Assembly: GCA_020891255.1 (NCBI GenBank)
Contig: BQFW01000012.1
Span: 62,001 to 126,000 of the forward strand
Reading direction: 5' to 3'
Origin: Entomortierella parvispora E1425
Taxonomy: Eukaryota > Fungi > Mortierellomycota
DNA: 64,000 bases
How positions within the stretch are numbered: position 1 is the stretch's first letter; every line of letters begins with the position of its first letter. Position numbers and translations under genes: made by a program. Below, piece after piece: positions 47,967-60,700 of the stretch. The notes below the pieces were generated by a model, which saw only the letters and a program-made list of their open reading frames with translations, did not search any database and had not been told where the DNA came from.

Positions 47967-49706
47967 CTACTTGCGAGAGTGGATCGGAGACCGACCTGCC
48001 GTTGAGCCAGACCTCGAACGAGAAGATGGACCTGGGGGACCTTGCTGGGAACTGGGTCGTGGATCCTCCATCGATCCTGCAGAGGAACGTCGTTCATGAG
48101 CTTGTAGACTTGCCACCGATCCATGCTGCTGATGCTGCTCCTGCAAGAGGAGGGCTTCCTCGGCTTCCTTGGTTTGCAACAGATTCCACATGATCGAGAT
48201 CCCTCCCTGAGATCTTTCCGGCAGGTACTTTTCCTGGATCTGACACCAATCCGATCCAAATTCTTCATATCCCAGCTTCAACAGCCGAACCTCTTCTTCT
48301 GTTCCTGCACGGCGCCGCATTATCTCCCACTTGTTCTTGCACTGCTTACGCGTAAAAGTGTTGCCCATCTGGGAGGCCACCCAGACCCAGTTGATACGGA
48401 ACCCTCCTGGGAAATTGTCCTCGATCAGGTTCTTGAGCTGGTCGGACTGTTTAGGTGTCCAAACTCTTACAGTGCGTGTTGGCTTGACCTCCACAGTGGT
48501 ACCAGCGCTGTTGTTGTTGTTGTTGCCAGACACAAGCGCTGTATCGGATTGTGATCTTGGACGACCGGTCGCGGACGATGCAGACGCTCTAGAGTTCGTG
48601 TGGAGGGCCGCCATTCCACCCCTGAAGCTAGCACCGCCACCAACGACTCGATGAGAGCTTGAAGAAGAGGAAGAAGGACGAACACCCAACATCATGGGTT
48701 CATCAAATCCGTCATCGTCCTGACGGTAATAGCTTCCTGCGGCAGAATGCGGAGGGTGCGTTTTCCGATAGGGGGTCAAAGAAGTCATGGTCGGATGGCG
48801 CAATTGCTCAGATGAAGAAGAGGGTCTAGTCGTCCTATAGAGCGAGTGGTGGCTGTGGTGTGGACTGTGATGGTGGGGGTAGTGACCGCCGCCGTTGCCG
48901 CTGTTGTTGCCGCCGCTGAATACCTCCTGGGATGATCTCCTGCTCAAGGATGAAGATGAAGTGGCGGAGGCTGCCGAGGGTGTCCTCCGACCCAACATGA
49001 GGCCATCGTTCTGTTCCGGGTATGCATGGTTGTGGTGGTGGTTATGATGGTGGGGGTGGTGTACAGACCATCTTTCCTCATCGTCCTCCGAGTCTGAAAG
49101 CTCTCCATACAGACGCATGTACTCGTTTTCGATCTCATCAATGGATCGGTTCTGTAGCTCCATCCGCTCCCTGACCTCGGACCAACGACCATACAGGTTG
49201 TGTTTCTTGACTGCGACATAGAGAGCCTCTTGTTCCTGATTGCTCCAAGGATGCCGTTGTTCTTGCCCTTGGCCCTGTTCTTGTTGTTGCGCATGATGAT
49301 GAGGGTGGTACTGAAGTTGTTGTTGTCTCCTACTCCTCCTTTCATTCTCGGCCGCAAGCTCGTGCTCAAGCTCCGAGGGGGAAAGGGGACGGAAGGCCTT
49401 GGCGGGACGCTCAAAGCTTTGACGCTCGTCGTCATCGGGCGCAGCCGCGGCAGCAGCAGCAGCAGCGACAGCAGAGTTCGTTCCAGACATGTCAGGGGAA
49501 ATCCAGGGGGCAGAATGAGGCGGGGACATTGTCGAGGATGATCGCTTCTTGTGTTGTAGGTGTTGTTGCTGGCGGTGTTGGTTAATTTGGTGTTGTTGCT
49601 GATGATGACTCAAAGAAGTAGAAGAAGAAGAGGAAGAAGAAGAAACAAGGGCCGAAGATGATGAAGTCGGACGAGGAAAGGCCTCATTCATATCGCTTGA
49701 GGTCAT
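47967..49706 (-). CDS. Myb/SANT-like repeat protein (three repeats)
   Basis: HPWSNQEQEALYVAVKKHNLYGRWSEVRERM; VWTPKQSDQLKNLIEDNF...INWVWVASQM...QCKNKW; TEEEVRLLKLGYEEFGSDWCQIQEKYLPERS. Confidence 0.8.
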   Translation of the reverse strand: MTSSDMNEAFPRPTSSSSALVSSSSSSSSTSLSHHQQQHQINQHRQQQHLQHKKRSSSTMSPPHSAPWISPDMSGTNSAVAAAAAAAAAPDDDERQSFERPAKAFRPLSPSELEHELAAENERRSRRQQQLQYHPHHHAQQQEQGQGQEQRHPWSNQEQEALYVAVKKHNLYGRWSEVRERMELQNRSIDEIENEYMRLYGELSDSEDDEERWSVHHPHHHNHHHNHAYPEQNDGLMLGRRTPSAASATSSSSLSRRSSQEVFSGGNNSGNGGGHYPHHHSPHHSHHSLYRTTRPSSSSEQLRHPTMTSLTPYRKTHPPHSAAGSYYRQDDDGFDEPMMLGVRPSSSSSSSHRVVGGGASFRGGMAALHTNSRASASSATGRPRSQSDTALVSGNNNNNSAGTTVEVKPTRTVRVWTPKQSDQLKNLIEDNFPGGFRINWVWVASQMGNTFTRKQCKNKWEIMRRRAGTEEEVRLLKLGYEEFGSDWCQIQEKYLPERSQGGISIMWNLLQTKEAEEALLLQEQHQQHGSVASLQAHERRSSAGSMEDPRPSSQQGPPGPSSRSRSGSTAGRSPIHSRK

Positions 49707-52700
49707 AGAAGGATAGTGAAGATAAAAGCAAGGGCAAAAAAAAAAAAAAAAAGTTGAAAAGGACAGACCCTGAAGGTGGTGCTGTCTATTGGCACGGAAG
49801 TGCGTAGTTTGATGTGGAGAAGCAGTGCGTGTCCAGTGGATGCAAAGAGCTAGGCCGAGTCGAAGGGAGCGTGCTGTGTGGAGATTGGACAAAAGGAGAA
49901 GAAAACGGGCATGGTGTTAGTTGTTAATCTGTGAAGTATCAGTCATGTCAGTCAGTCAGCAGAATTATTCATTTGGTGAACAAAAGAGGAAGAAGAGGAC
50001 AAAGAGGACAAAGAGGAGAGCATTGCGGATCGGATGAGTCTATCGAGGGCGACGGTCGAGTCCGGTTATTGAGCACCCACTCATTGTAATCTAGAAATCG
50101 GCACTTACAGAAGAGGCTCTTGTCATTATCACTCCGGAGCGACCTTGTTGTTCTCTTGCGTCTGGGATGGGGGAGAACTTGGCCGGTGTGGGTGTGGGAA
50201 AGCGGCGCAAGGACAGATCGGTTGACACGAGGCAGGCGAAGGAGAGGACGAAAGCAGAGACAGAGGGCAAACGACCGACGGTGAAAGGGGCAACGACGCG
50301 TTTGGTGGTGGATTCAAGTGACGCAAAGATAAAGGTGAAGTAAAGAAAAGGGAAAGAGCTAGTTACAGAGAAAGAGTGCAGAGAGAAGAGATGCAGAGCA
50401 AAAAAAAAGAAGCGAAAGGAGAAGGATAGGAAGAAGAAAGCAGTTATAAAGGGTCAAACAAGGGAAAGAAGGAAAGGTAAATAAAGAATAGGGAACAGAC
50501 CGGCCGTTTCCTACAAACAAAGGAGTGCAAACAAAGAAGAAACGAAAGTGACAGGAGATACGCGTCAGGGTTGATGGGAAGAGACAATTGGAGTGTGGGA
50601 CGATGGCTCGAGCACACTTTTTGGTTGTCGACTAGTTTCCGTCACCCAGGGGGGAACAAAGCGAGAGAGAAAGAAGGAAGAAAAGGAAGAAAAGGAAGGA
50701 GAGTGGGGGGGGGGGGGAAGGAAGGAAGGAAGGGAAAGGGAGCACTGGGATGGTACAAAAGAATCAAAATGGATAAAAATCACAAGGAAATGGAAAAGGA
50801 TATGGAAATGGGACGGAGGAGCAAAGGGAGAAGGAAGAGAAGGGGGTAAAGAAGAGAAGAGGCTGACAGAAAGGGCACAGGGGCAAACGATAAGAGAAGG
50901 TAGGAGATCGATCTCCGAGGGGTAGGAAAACGAACGCGGGTCGAGAGGATGTGAAGAGAGGAGATACGGATTGTGGATTGTGATAATGATGACAATGCTG
51001 AGGATGTCGCGATGCTTGGGGGAGGAAAAAGAAAAGAGAGGGGAAATGCTTGGCTACGATATGAATGAATGAATGTGTTTTTTGATATGAGATGTGCGTG
51101 GTATTAATTCAATTGTGGGAGTCTGTGTGTTTGTGTCTGCGTGTTTAAATATAGGACTCGATTCAACAGGGACGGAGGACCGAGGGCGGATAGATCCTTA
51201 TTGTTCCGCGTTGCGATCTTGCTTTCTGTAGATCAAAGGGAGGGACAGCAGGAGTGAAGGAGTGAAGGAAGGGGTCGTGAAAAAGGTGCAGAAGTGCGAC
51301 TAGAATAAATAAAATAAAAAAAAAGTTGGAATAAACCAATCGCGACAGTTGCCAACGGTTGAACAGAAAGGAGGAGGAGGGATGGGAAATAGCAAAGGAT
51401 GGCAATGTGGAATGAAGACAGGAGAGAAGGAGAGAATTCAGAAGGGGATTGGACTGAATGGGAGGATGGAGGGATGGGAGAGGTGAATGAGGGTGAGGAT
51501 GGATGTGGAAACAAAGAAGGAAGAAAGAAGAAAGAAAGAGTGAAGTGAAAAAAAGAGAGAAAGAGAGAAGAAGCGAGCAAACATTTCTTCAGTCGACAAC
51601 AGAAGGAAAAGGGAGAAAAGGGTCGGACCACCTCCTTTCCTTTCCTTGTCCTGGCAGACGGACAGACAGACAGACGGCGGGACGGAGATGAGTTGGATGG
51701 TGACGACGATGATGAAGGGACAAGGGACAGGACACCAGTACACGCTATTTGGAGAATGCCGAGCAAAGTGGGAAGGGAGGACAAGCACTCAAAGTCTGTC
51801 CCTGTCCTGCCCCTGCCCTGCCTGTTCCTTTGTTCGTTTGTGCGTTCCTTCCTTCCTTTGCTCGCTGCTTCGTCCTTGAGAGAGAACGGACGCGCGCGCG
51901 TGGCAGAAGAGCGAGACAGCAACTTTCTTTATTTCTATTCAATGGGTTCAATTGAAATGAAATAGAGAAATGAGCTCTGGCTCTTCTCTTGTTCCTGAGG
52001 AATGCGCATGGGTGTTTGTGTCTTGTTTGGTTGCACCGCTTGACATCCGCCTGCTCGCTCACCTTCACTCGTTGACTCTTTCACTCTCTCATTGTTGCAC
52101 CGTAGGGTACTGTACGAGGGTATCTGTTCGTTGGCTCTGTTCTCTGGCTCTGGCCGCCCACTTTAATTGCCTGGGATGGAATGACGGAGCGGGATCGCAG
52201 CGGGATCACAGCTGGATCAAACACATCAATCTTTGCTTGATCCTTGCTCCTCAGCCAAACGAGTAAAACATTATTGTCCTCGGATCCACGATGACTATCG
52301 AAATAAAAAGGAGGCACTACAAAAAAGACTAAAGAGAGTTCATCACAGCCACGATAGCACGATGAACAACAGAGAACAGGAAAACCACCTTGGTGTCTTG
52401 CTCCTTTGTTCTTTCTCAAGCGAACGAATGAATGGAGGATTGAATGGATGGATGGGAATACAATAGCCCAAGTAAGAGGCTCAATTTTTTTTCCTTCCAA
52501 TTCCTCTTGCCGTTGGGAAGGATGGCCGTTGGTGTACCCTTGATAGGGTAAAGAATAAAAAAACAAAGTCTCTATTCTAAAAAAGTTTCGTTGGCCCTTG
52601 CCTTGCCCTTGCCTTACCCTGCCCTGCCGTGTCTGCAACCAATGACCAAAAAATTACTCATGGGAAAGAGACAAAAAAAACCCCACCAGGCAGAGACGGG

Positions 52701-55700
52701 GGGGGCAAACGACCCAAAAACAGGCAACTGCTGTTGGCTGGTCCGCTCGTTGGGCTTCCCCTTCCTTCCTCTCTTCCCCCTCTGCTCAGAGATACATTGC
52801 ACAACATGCAGAAGCGGATCGATTTGATTTTTTCTTCTGCGTTGTGGGATTTTTTTGGATTGCAACTTGGAAACTCAGAGAGACTAACGGAAAAGAAGGC
52901 CGAACGACGGAGGATGGACGTTTTGACTGACACATGCACGCACTGACTATATCGAGACGGGGAACAAAGGACCCGACAAAGCAAGCGGGGTATCAGGACG
53001 GGAGTACAAATAAGCCTTGTCCACCAACACAACCACAGGGACAACAACAACGGTATGAAAAACAACAACAACTGTGGCTATGGTGATGCGCTCTCGTTCC
53101 CTGTCCGCAAACTCAACAAGCGATCGGAAGGGACACACACAGGTAGCCAAGTAGCCCGTTCACTCGGCTCTCAAATTCATTGCCGTTGATTGAAGACGCG
53201 TCCGACTATTATAAAAATAGGATTCAAAAAAGGGCTTGTTCACTTTGTTTGTATCTCCCTCATTCCATCCGCTCGGCTGACATATGTTCGCGCTGTGCAG
53301 AGCAGCTCGTTTGATTGACAGGTGGACTGACAGGCCTGTTGGCAGACAAACTCCCGCACGGTTGCTCTTTCTTTTTTTTTTCTTTTTTTTTCTCTCTCTC
53401 AATTTGTCTATCTGTCACTCTGTATTGCTATTGAGTGGACAGCTCTGCTCTGTACCGCCAACTGAAAGCCCAAAGCGCTCCAGTCCCAGTTCAATCCAGT
53501 CCAGTCCAGTGTTTTCAACCCAGGGATATAACAGGAGGGGAAAAGGGTCTGATTCATGCATCCGCTCCCAGCTCTCTCTCTCCAAGCGTCGAAATTAAGT
53601 AATAAGTCAGAGTGAAAGAGAGAGAGAGAGAGAGAGAAAAAAAAGAATCGAGGATCGCTGTCATGTGATAGTCCCTTTCTTGAACTTTGGTGCAATCTTT
53701 GAGCAGGGGCCATGGGTGAACTTGGCTGCCATTGCCGAAAACACCGAACACCGAAAGACCAAGCAAGACCATCTGGACTTTTTTTTTGTTTTTGTTTTGT
53801 TATTCTCTCACCTTCTCGTTGGTCTCGTTCTCCGCTCAATTCTTGTTAATTACCATCGCCGACAATAAATGTAATCTTGGGCTTGATCGATCGACCCATC
53901 AAGCAGCTCGATCACCCAGCTCCCCAGTAGAGTAGGTCGGAGGAGGATTTCCTTCTCCGTCACCCCCTCTCCTCATCACTTACTGGCGGAGGAGAGAGGA
54001 CCTAGGAGAGAGAGAGATTTTTTTTATAGACCTTGAGAGGGTTGAATGTGGAGCACTGTCCACAGTGGTCTGATCCTCAGTGGTCTGATCTGGCGCCATG
54101 TTTTTTTTTTTTTTTTTTTTGGACTTGGGTCCCTGTCACTCTACCAGAAACAATCACATTATCACCGTCATAACGACCGTCGTTTTAGTTTCTTTTCTCT
54201 TCAACGCCGAAACTCTACCTGAAAGCTGAGAGTCATCAAGGAGAGACATACACATCTTTCTACGCACAGCCTCCATAGATTGCCAAACCAAAAGCAAAAG
54301 AAAAAAAGTAGAAAGAGGCAAGACGGAAGCTTTCCGTAGTCAGACTTTGGCATGTGTCTCTGACTCTCTATCTCTGTCCACTCTTTACGAATATACTTGG
54401 TACAGTACCGATCTCAACAGCTCTTTTTTCCTCTCCGTCCTCATCTCATCTCCACAAATAGAGGAACGACAACGCGTCTCTATCTCTCTCTCTCTCTCAT
54501 TTTTTTTTTCTGTCCCCGAAAAGTGGCGCGATCTTGTGCTTTCATATGAAATATGAAGAGGTGAGAGTGTCATCGCGGGAAGAAAGAAAAAGGCTGGATA
54601 AAAAAAAGCTGATAGGGGGCCTACTATCCAACATGACAACATGACAACATGACTGGGGGGGAGGGGGCGGCGTTGAAAAAAAAAAAAAAACTGTTCTCTG
54701 ACGGACAAGATGGTGCGCACGCGCGTTTTCACTCAACAGTAAGTACCCTCTGCCTTTGCCTTCTTCCCTCTCCCCGCTCTATTTAAAAAAGGAACCCTCC
54801 TGTTAAGATGAACAGTTTTTGCCACTCAAAAGAGCGATAAGAATCAATCTTTTTTCAACCAGCACTTTCTAGTGTGTGTTCATGGTGGTGGTGGTGTGTT
54901 CCCAATATAAGAACTTGGACACACGAGATGGGTCTAAAAAAAAAGTCGAGCGCCTAAAGTTACAAAACAAGCAGAACAGAAAAGATCGGCGCGTTTCTGT
55001 TTGTTTTTTTTTCTTTGGGGAGAAAACAAAGCGAAGAATGGGGTTGAAGAATGAAAGATTTACATCTCTGACTCAAGGAAAATCGCGGGATGTTGCAAGA
55101 TAGAAAAGGAAAGAACAGGAGGGGAAAACGTATTTACGCGTTTGTCATTCTGTATGACCAACAAGGTGGTCGAGACCACTCTTCCGGCCCCACTCCTTCT
55201 TCTTCTTCATGTTACCCCACCTTGTGGTCCTGCAGGCGAACGCAGCCGTTGATGATGACTACACCTTTTTCTCTCTTTCTTTTGGGTCGGCGTTCCGCTT
55301 GGCTACACAAGATGGGCAACAAAGAGAAACCTGGGAAGGTAAGGAGTACGCCCTTTTCTTTATTTATGAGCGCAGCCCTTTGCCTTTTCACGATATCTTT
55401 TAGCATGAAAGAGACAGCAAGCAGGTCGTCTTTATCTCTGCGATCGATGAGGCGGCAACATTACCAAACATAACCAGGGGGGAGGGGCGGGACAAAGTCC
55501 AGGCTAGAAAAAAAAAGATCCATTACCTGCAAAGAGCTACCTGCTAACATGCACCACCCATAGACTTAATTTCGACGCGTCTCTTCCGAACAAACAGAAA
55601 CGAAAGCGAACCATCTATCTCTTTGTGTTTTTTTTCTTGTCCAACCAACAAAACCGGTTTGTCAAGAACGTCCTTGGTCCAGTCTTCCAATAATCTCTCA

Positions 55701-57796
55701 TCTTTCTCTGTGCTGGGTATCTACTCTTGTATCTCGGTTTCAATCCACACACACACACACACACGCACACAACAAAAAAAAAATAAAGCAAAAAAGCGCG
55801 CAACGCCAAGTAAAAAAGAAGCTACCTGACTGCAGAAAATGAATCCTATCCTCCCTTCTTCCTTCTTTTGCCCCTTGTCTGCGCGCCAATGAAAATGAAT
55901 GTCAGTGCTGTGCATTGATTGCAAAATAAAGTAAAGAGTCCCTCTTGGAGGAGAAGGAGGAGGTCTGTGTGAAAAAAAGGTTATCGATCTTGTTGTTTTG
56001 TAGACCAGTCTGCAGCAGCAGCAGCAGAGAGACAGAGAGAGGGGGGAAGACAGGTTTCGGAAAAAGACTGGACAAAAAAAATGATACAGAGCGCGCCAGC
56101 TCATTGTTGTTTTGGTTTCTTCCCAGAAGGACAGGGCCATGAGGCAGATGGACATCAGGTTGACAAGCAAGAACACTGTTCGAACGTAAACACAAAACAA
56201 AACGGCCAGAGAACGTTTGCAGGTTGTTGTCAACAGGCACATGCAAGGTGGTTTTGTTCCTTTCGTTCCTTCAGCTATTTTTTTTTTCAAGTTCAGCTCC
56301 GAGTCTAGTAAAAGCTTCAAGGGATGCTCCTCCTCAAGAGGGCTTGTTTGTTGTCCGACCGACCGACCGGACCCAACCGATCATTTTGACCTGTCGTCGC
56401 GACTGTACAAAACGCACCCACCCACCTTCTCTCGTGCACCCAGTTGGAAGGAGTACATGAAGTCCGTTACATGGATTGGACATCAATAATAATTCATCCT
56501 GTTGCACACATATTTTTTTTAAAGTCTACCCTCTCCTTCCTCTCCAACGTTCGTTTCGCGTTTGAGAAAAACAACTGTGCACCCACCATGGACGTTTTTT
56601 TTTTTGTAGAAAATAATAATTCATCCAGAAAGAAAGAGCTGTTCCTCTTTTTTGTGCTCGCTCTTTTTTTTTTTTTTCTTTTCTATCATTCCTTTCCTTC
56701 TTTTTCTTTTTCTCCTCACTCTCTTGCACACGTTTCTTCCTTCGTTTTGCTTTTCCTTTTGGTATTTCTGTTGCCCCTCAGGATAGATTGGACGTGACAG
56801 ACGGTAGCAACCAAAACCTTCTAGCGGGGAGGGATTTGAAAGAACTATAGGCTTTTAGAGCTTGGGCTTGGGCTTGACTTTTTGCCAATGGGCGATGATT
56901 TGTTTCACCTGGAAAACCCATGCAAGCATTGGACCCACAAAGGAAAGAGGTCGAGGAAAAAAAAAAAAAAAGTTAATTGAAATGAAAGAGAAAGGCACTA
57001 AGTTTCAAGAACACACAAAAACAAACAGAACAGCAAACGCCAGTCAAAGAAAAGCTCTTTCCGATTTCCTCAGCCCTGGGGATATTCAGCCCCTCCGTCC
57101 CCAGGTCAAGTCTAATCAGAGGCCTGGGTCAGAGGTTTTTCGTTCTCGCTTTCCATCCTTTTTTTTTTTGGCAGGCTGACTCGTTTTGTTCCCCTGATCC
57201 GACAAAGATTCCTAATCTCTGACTAACAGTCGCCCATTGCCTTGACAGTTGGTTTTCCGTTGGTTCCATCGATTGTGCACTCCAAAAGTCCCAACAATCA
57301 AATAAGACAAACAACAAAAACAACAACAAAAAAAAAGGGAACATAAACAATCAAGCAAGGGAGTAGGCCCAACGGAAATCAAAAAGACTTGAGAGCGTGA
57401 GCACAGCGATCTGATAAAATGAAAAATAGAGACTGGTGACATGAATAGCAGACCAAACAAACCCACAACAGGCAGACTGGAGGACAGGCCGGCACAGAAG
57501 CAACAGACAACACAACAGAGAAAGAACACACAAAACAGAAGGAACAGAGACATGGTAAAAATACACTTGTTTGTTTGTTTGTGTGTTTGTTTATTTCGTT
57601 TTTTTTTTTGTTCGTTCTTTTTTTTGAGGAATGTTGACCAAGGTTCATTACAATTAGTTTTTTTTGTTCTTTAGGGCAAAGAAAAGAAAAGAAAGGCGCA
57701 ATTGAAAGGGAGAAAGAGGCAGCAAGGCCTGGGAAAAAAAAAGAAACCAAAAACGAGGGAGCAACACAAGCCTGAATGGAGGAAGGCCTCTTGAAT

Positions 57797-60700
57797 TTAC
57801 TCTGTTGCAATTGAGGGCATCGATTCTGCGCCCTCATCATCTCCTGCCTGTTGCAATGGCATTTGTTCCGCTGATGCAATTCCAGCTGCAGCTGCAGTAG
57901 TTGGCTCTCCCCCTTGTTCCTCTTCGTCCATTGGCTCAGGGGCCTCATTAACGAGCCTTGGCTCTTGGTCCCCTGCAGCCTCAACCACCACTACAGGTCC
58001 ATTCTCAAAAGTCTCGTCGACGTCCACGCTCATGTTCGTAGACTCTTCTTGTCCTTCTGTGGTTATTGTCGTCGGAGCCAGCTCCGACTCTTTTTGATCC
58101 CGTAACGGCTGTTGTTGTTCAGGATCATCGATCGAGATCATTTCCGACTCTCGATCCATGTCGCTTCTTTCAATGACGCCTTCATCTCCGCTCAGGGCGT
58201 CTGTCGTAAGATCCACATCCACCACCTCAGGAATCGCGCGAGGAGGCATCGTACGTTTGATTGGTCCGCTGATGGCTGTTCGTGACTGACGCAAGGGTGC
58301 ATACAGGGGTCCTCCTGCTGCTCCTTCGTGCCGAGAGGCAGAGGGGCGGTGCTGGTGATGATGAGAGGGTTGACCGTACTGTCTACGGCTGTAGGAGTGG
58401 TGCTGGTGGTGGCCATGAGAATTACTTCTAGGGCGGGAGTGTTGGTAATACCCCCCCGACATTGACGACTGGCTGATCCTTCGAGGCTCGGACCGATAGT
58501 AAGGAAATGGCTCGAACCGCACACCATCATAGACCTCGTCGTCATCATCATAGGGACTCACCAACACTGGGACCCGGATTCGTTCCCGGATCGCATCCCA
58601 GCGCCGTCCTTGACGTGCTACCGCGGCCGCTAATCTGGCCATATCTCGACTTTCCCATCGCCCAGCGGCCCAGTCCAGGTCATCTTCCATGGCATAGTCA
58701 ATTAATGGCTCATGATCGCTCTCCAAGGGACCTCCACGCGTCAAGGGGCCCTCATAGCGACGTCGACGATCGTAGTCAAGTTCGTCATGATGGTAGCGAT
58801 AGGAGGATGAGGCTGGAGGGGGTGCGGTACGTCGATGGCCATCAGATTCGTAGCGGGGAGCGTACGTCTCCTCTCGGTCCAGGGCCTGTCTTGTGGCCGT
58901 TGTCCGACGTCCTTGAGAAGTTCCCAGGAGGCCTCTCTCTGGACTGCGTGCGATTGGCCGCGACCGCTGAACAGGCTCAAGCGGTCTGTGCGACCCCTCT
59001 TGCCTTTGGTGGTGATGGTGGTGGTCAGGTCGAGAGCCGCGCACTGAGGGAGCGTCGTGGCCAACAGGAGAGTGACCATAGTGCTGCCCTTGGGTTGATC
59101 CATAGGCTTCCCTGTACCCAGAGGATGCAACCGAGGACGACCGTTGGCGGTGATGGGCGGACAGAGGTTGGGGAGGAGGCGCCTGATGCGATGGCGTGCC
59201 GCGATAAGAGAGACGGGGGCTAGTCGCCATTGCCATCTCTCTGTTATCAGGGTTAGCGTCGCCGCCTTCCCTTGGCTCATCTGCCCACGATGATTGGGGC
59301 TCTCCAGCCGCTATTGGTTGATTGTGGTACCTTCTAGAAGAAGAATGAGGCTCACTTTGGCTCTCGAGTGGAAGCTCTTCCTCCTGCTCTTCTCCCATTC
59401 CCTGCGCTGAAGCAACCGTCGTTGTAGGTTCATATCGCTCATCCACTAATGCGGGTCTACTAGTTTCCAGAGACTCAGCCTCTTCTTGTGGTAGGCGTGC
59501 CTCATTCTCATAACGGGTATGGCGGCCGTACCTTGGGTCGAAGGGAGGCTCTCGTTCGTCGCGATAATAGTCTGCATAGTATGGGGCTGAGGCTGGGTCT
59601 GGGTCCCTGTGTCTGTACCCGTCATTGTGCTCCTTGGGGTACCGATCATCATAGGGGATGGACGTGTGTCGATCGTAGTGGTAAGGGTCATGATGGTGAT
59701 GACGGTGATGCGAGTGGCGGCGGTGGTGTGCATGATCAGGATGGGACTCGCCCTCCTCGGTTCTCCTCCGCTTGCCACCAGCATCATAGTACCGATCGTA
59801 CTCCATCTCGACCAGGCGTGCATCCAGGGGTCCAACATGGCCATAGTCTTCGCTGCCTCGACTGATCCCAGAGTCCCTGGGTCCAGTTTTGAGCCGCTTG
59901 GCACCTCCACTATCAGCGCGATAGCTTTGGCGATACTGTTGAGCGGATCTTTCGTCCTCTACGGGTACGCCGGTGCCGGTGCCGCTCGTCACACTGCCCA
60001 TGTCGGCATCCAAGTCCATGCTCATGCTCATACCGCTGCCCTTGATGTTGCCTTCATTCGACATCTTGTTGTGCTTGAGATGACGTCTCCACTTGGACAT
60101 GCATTGGGTCTGAGAATAGCCTCGACTCGCCATTTTTTCTGCAATAACACTCCAGACAACGTTACCTACAGGGAATTCTCTTTCGATAATCCTGTACATA
60201 TAACGGCTATCCTCTTCCTTCCATTCGATATGCTTTTGGTGCTCGCCCTTGGATGAACGGCCTTCTGTTGGGGGCTGCTGTTCGCTCTTGGAATTGGAAG
60301 TGTCTTGTTGATCCTGTCGTAATCGAGTCGAGTTTGGATCTTCAGATACAGAGGAGGCACGGGAGCCAACCGAGGGGTCATCTCGACCTTGTTGCGCCTC
60401 AGCCGCAGTATGCTCTCTCTGTTGCTCCTCTTGCAGTGCATCCTCGTTGTCAGAGTCCACAAAGGCAGGCTTGTCGTCCTGCCCTTGGGAGACCCCACTT
60501 TCTTGACGTTGACGACGCGATGCATGCAAGCCATGGCTGCCGCCGTGGTTGGATTGGTTCTGACGATGTTGCACTCTCCACCATCGAGATTTGCACTGGG
60601 TTCGATCATAGCCGCGCCCCTCCATCTGTTTCGAAACCCAAGCCCAATCCACCTTGCGCGACGCAAACTTTGACTCGATCAACCGCACAAGGAATTCACT

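Noticed and set aside
50100-57700. Many 60-230 aa ORFs rich in K/R/E or F/L/S
   Set aside because: They derive from GA/CT and A/T simple repeats and have no domain motifs or consistent splice structure.
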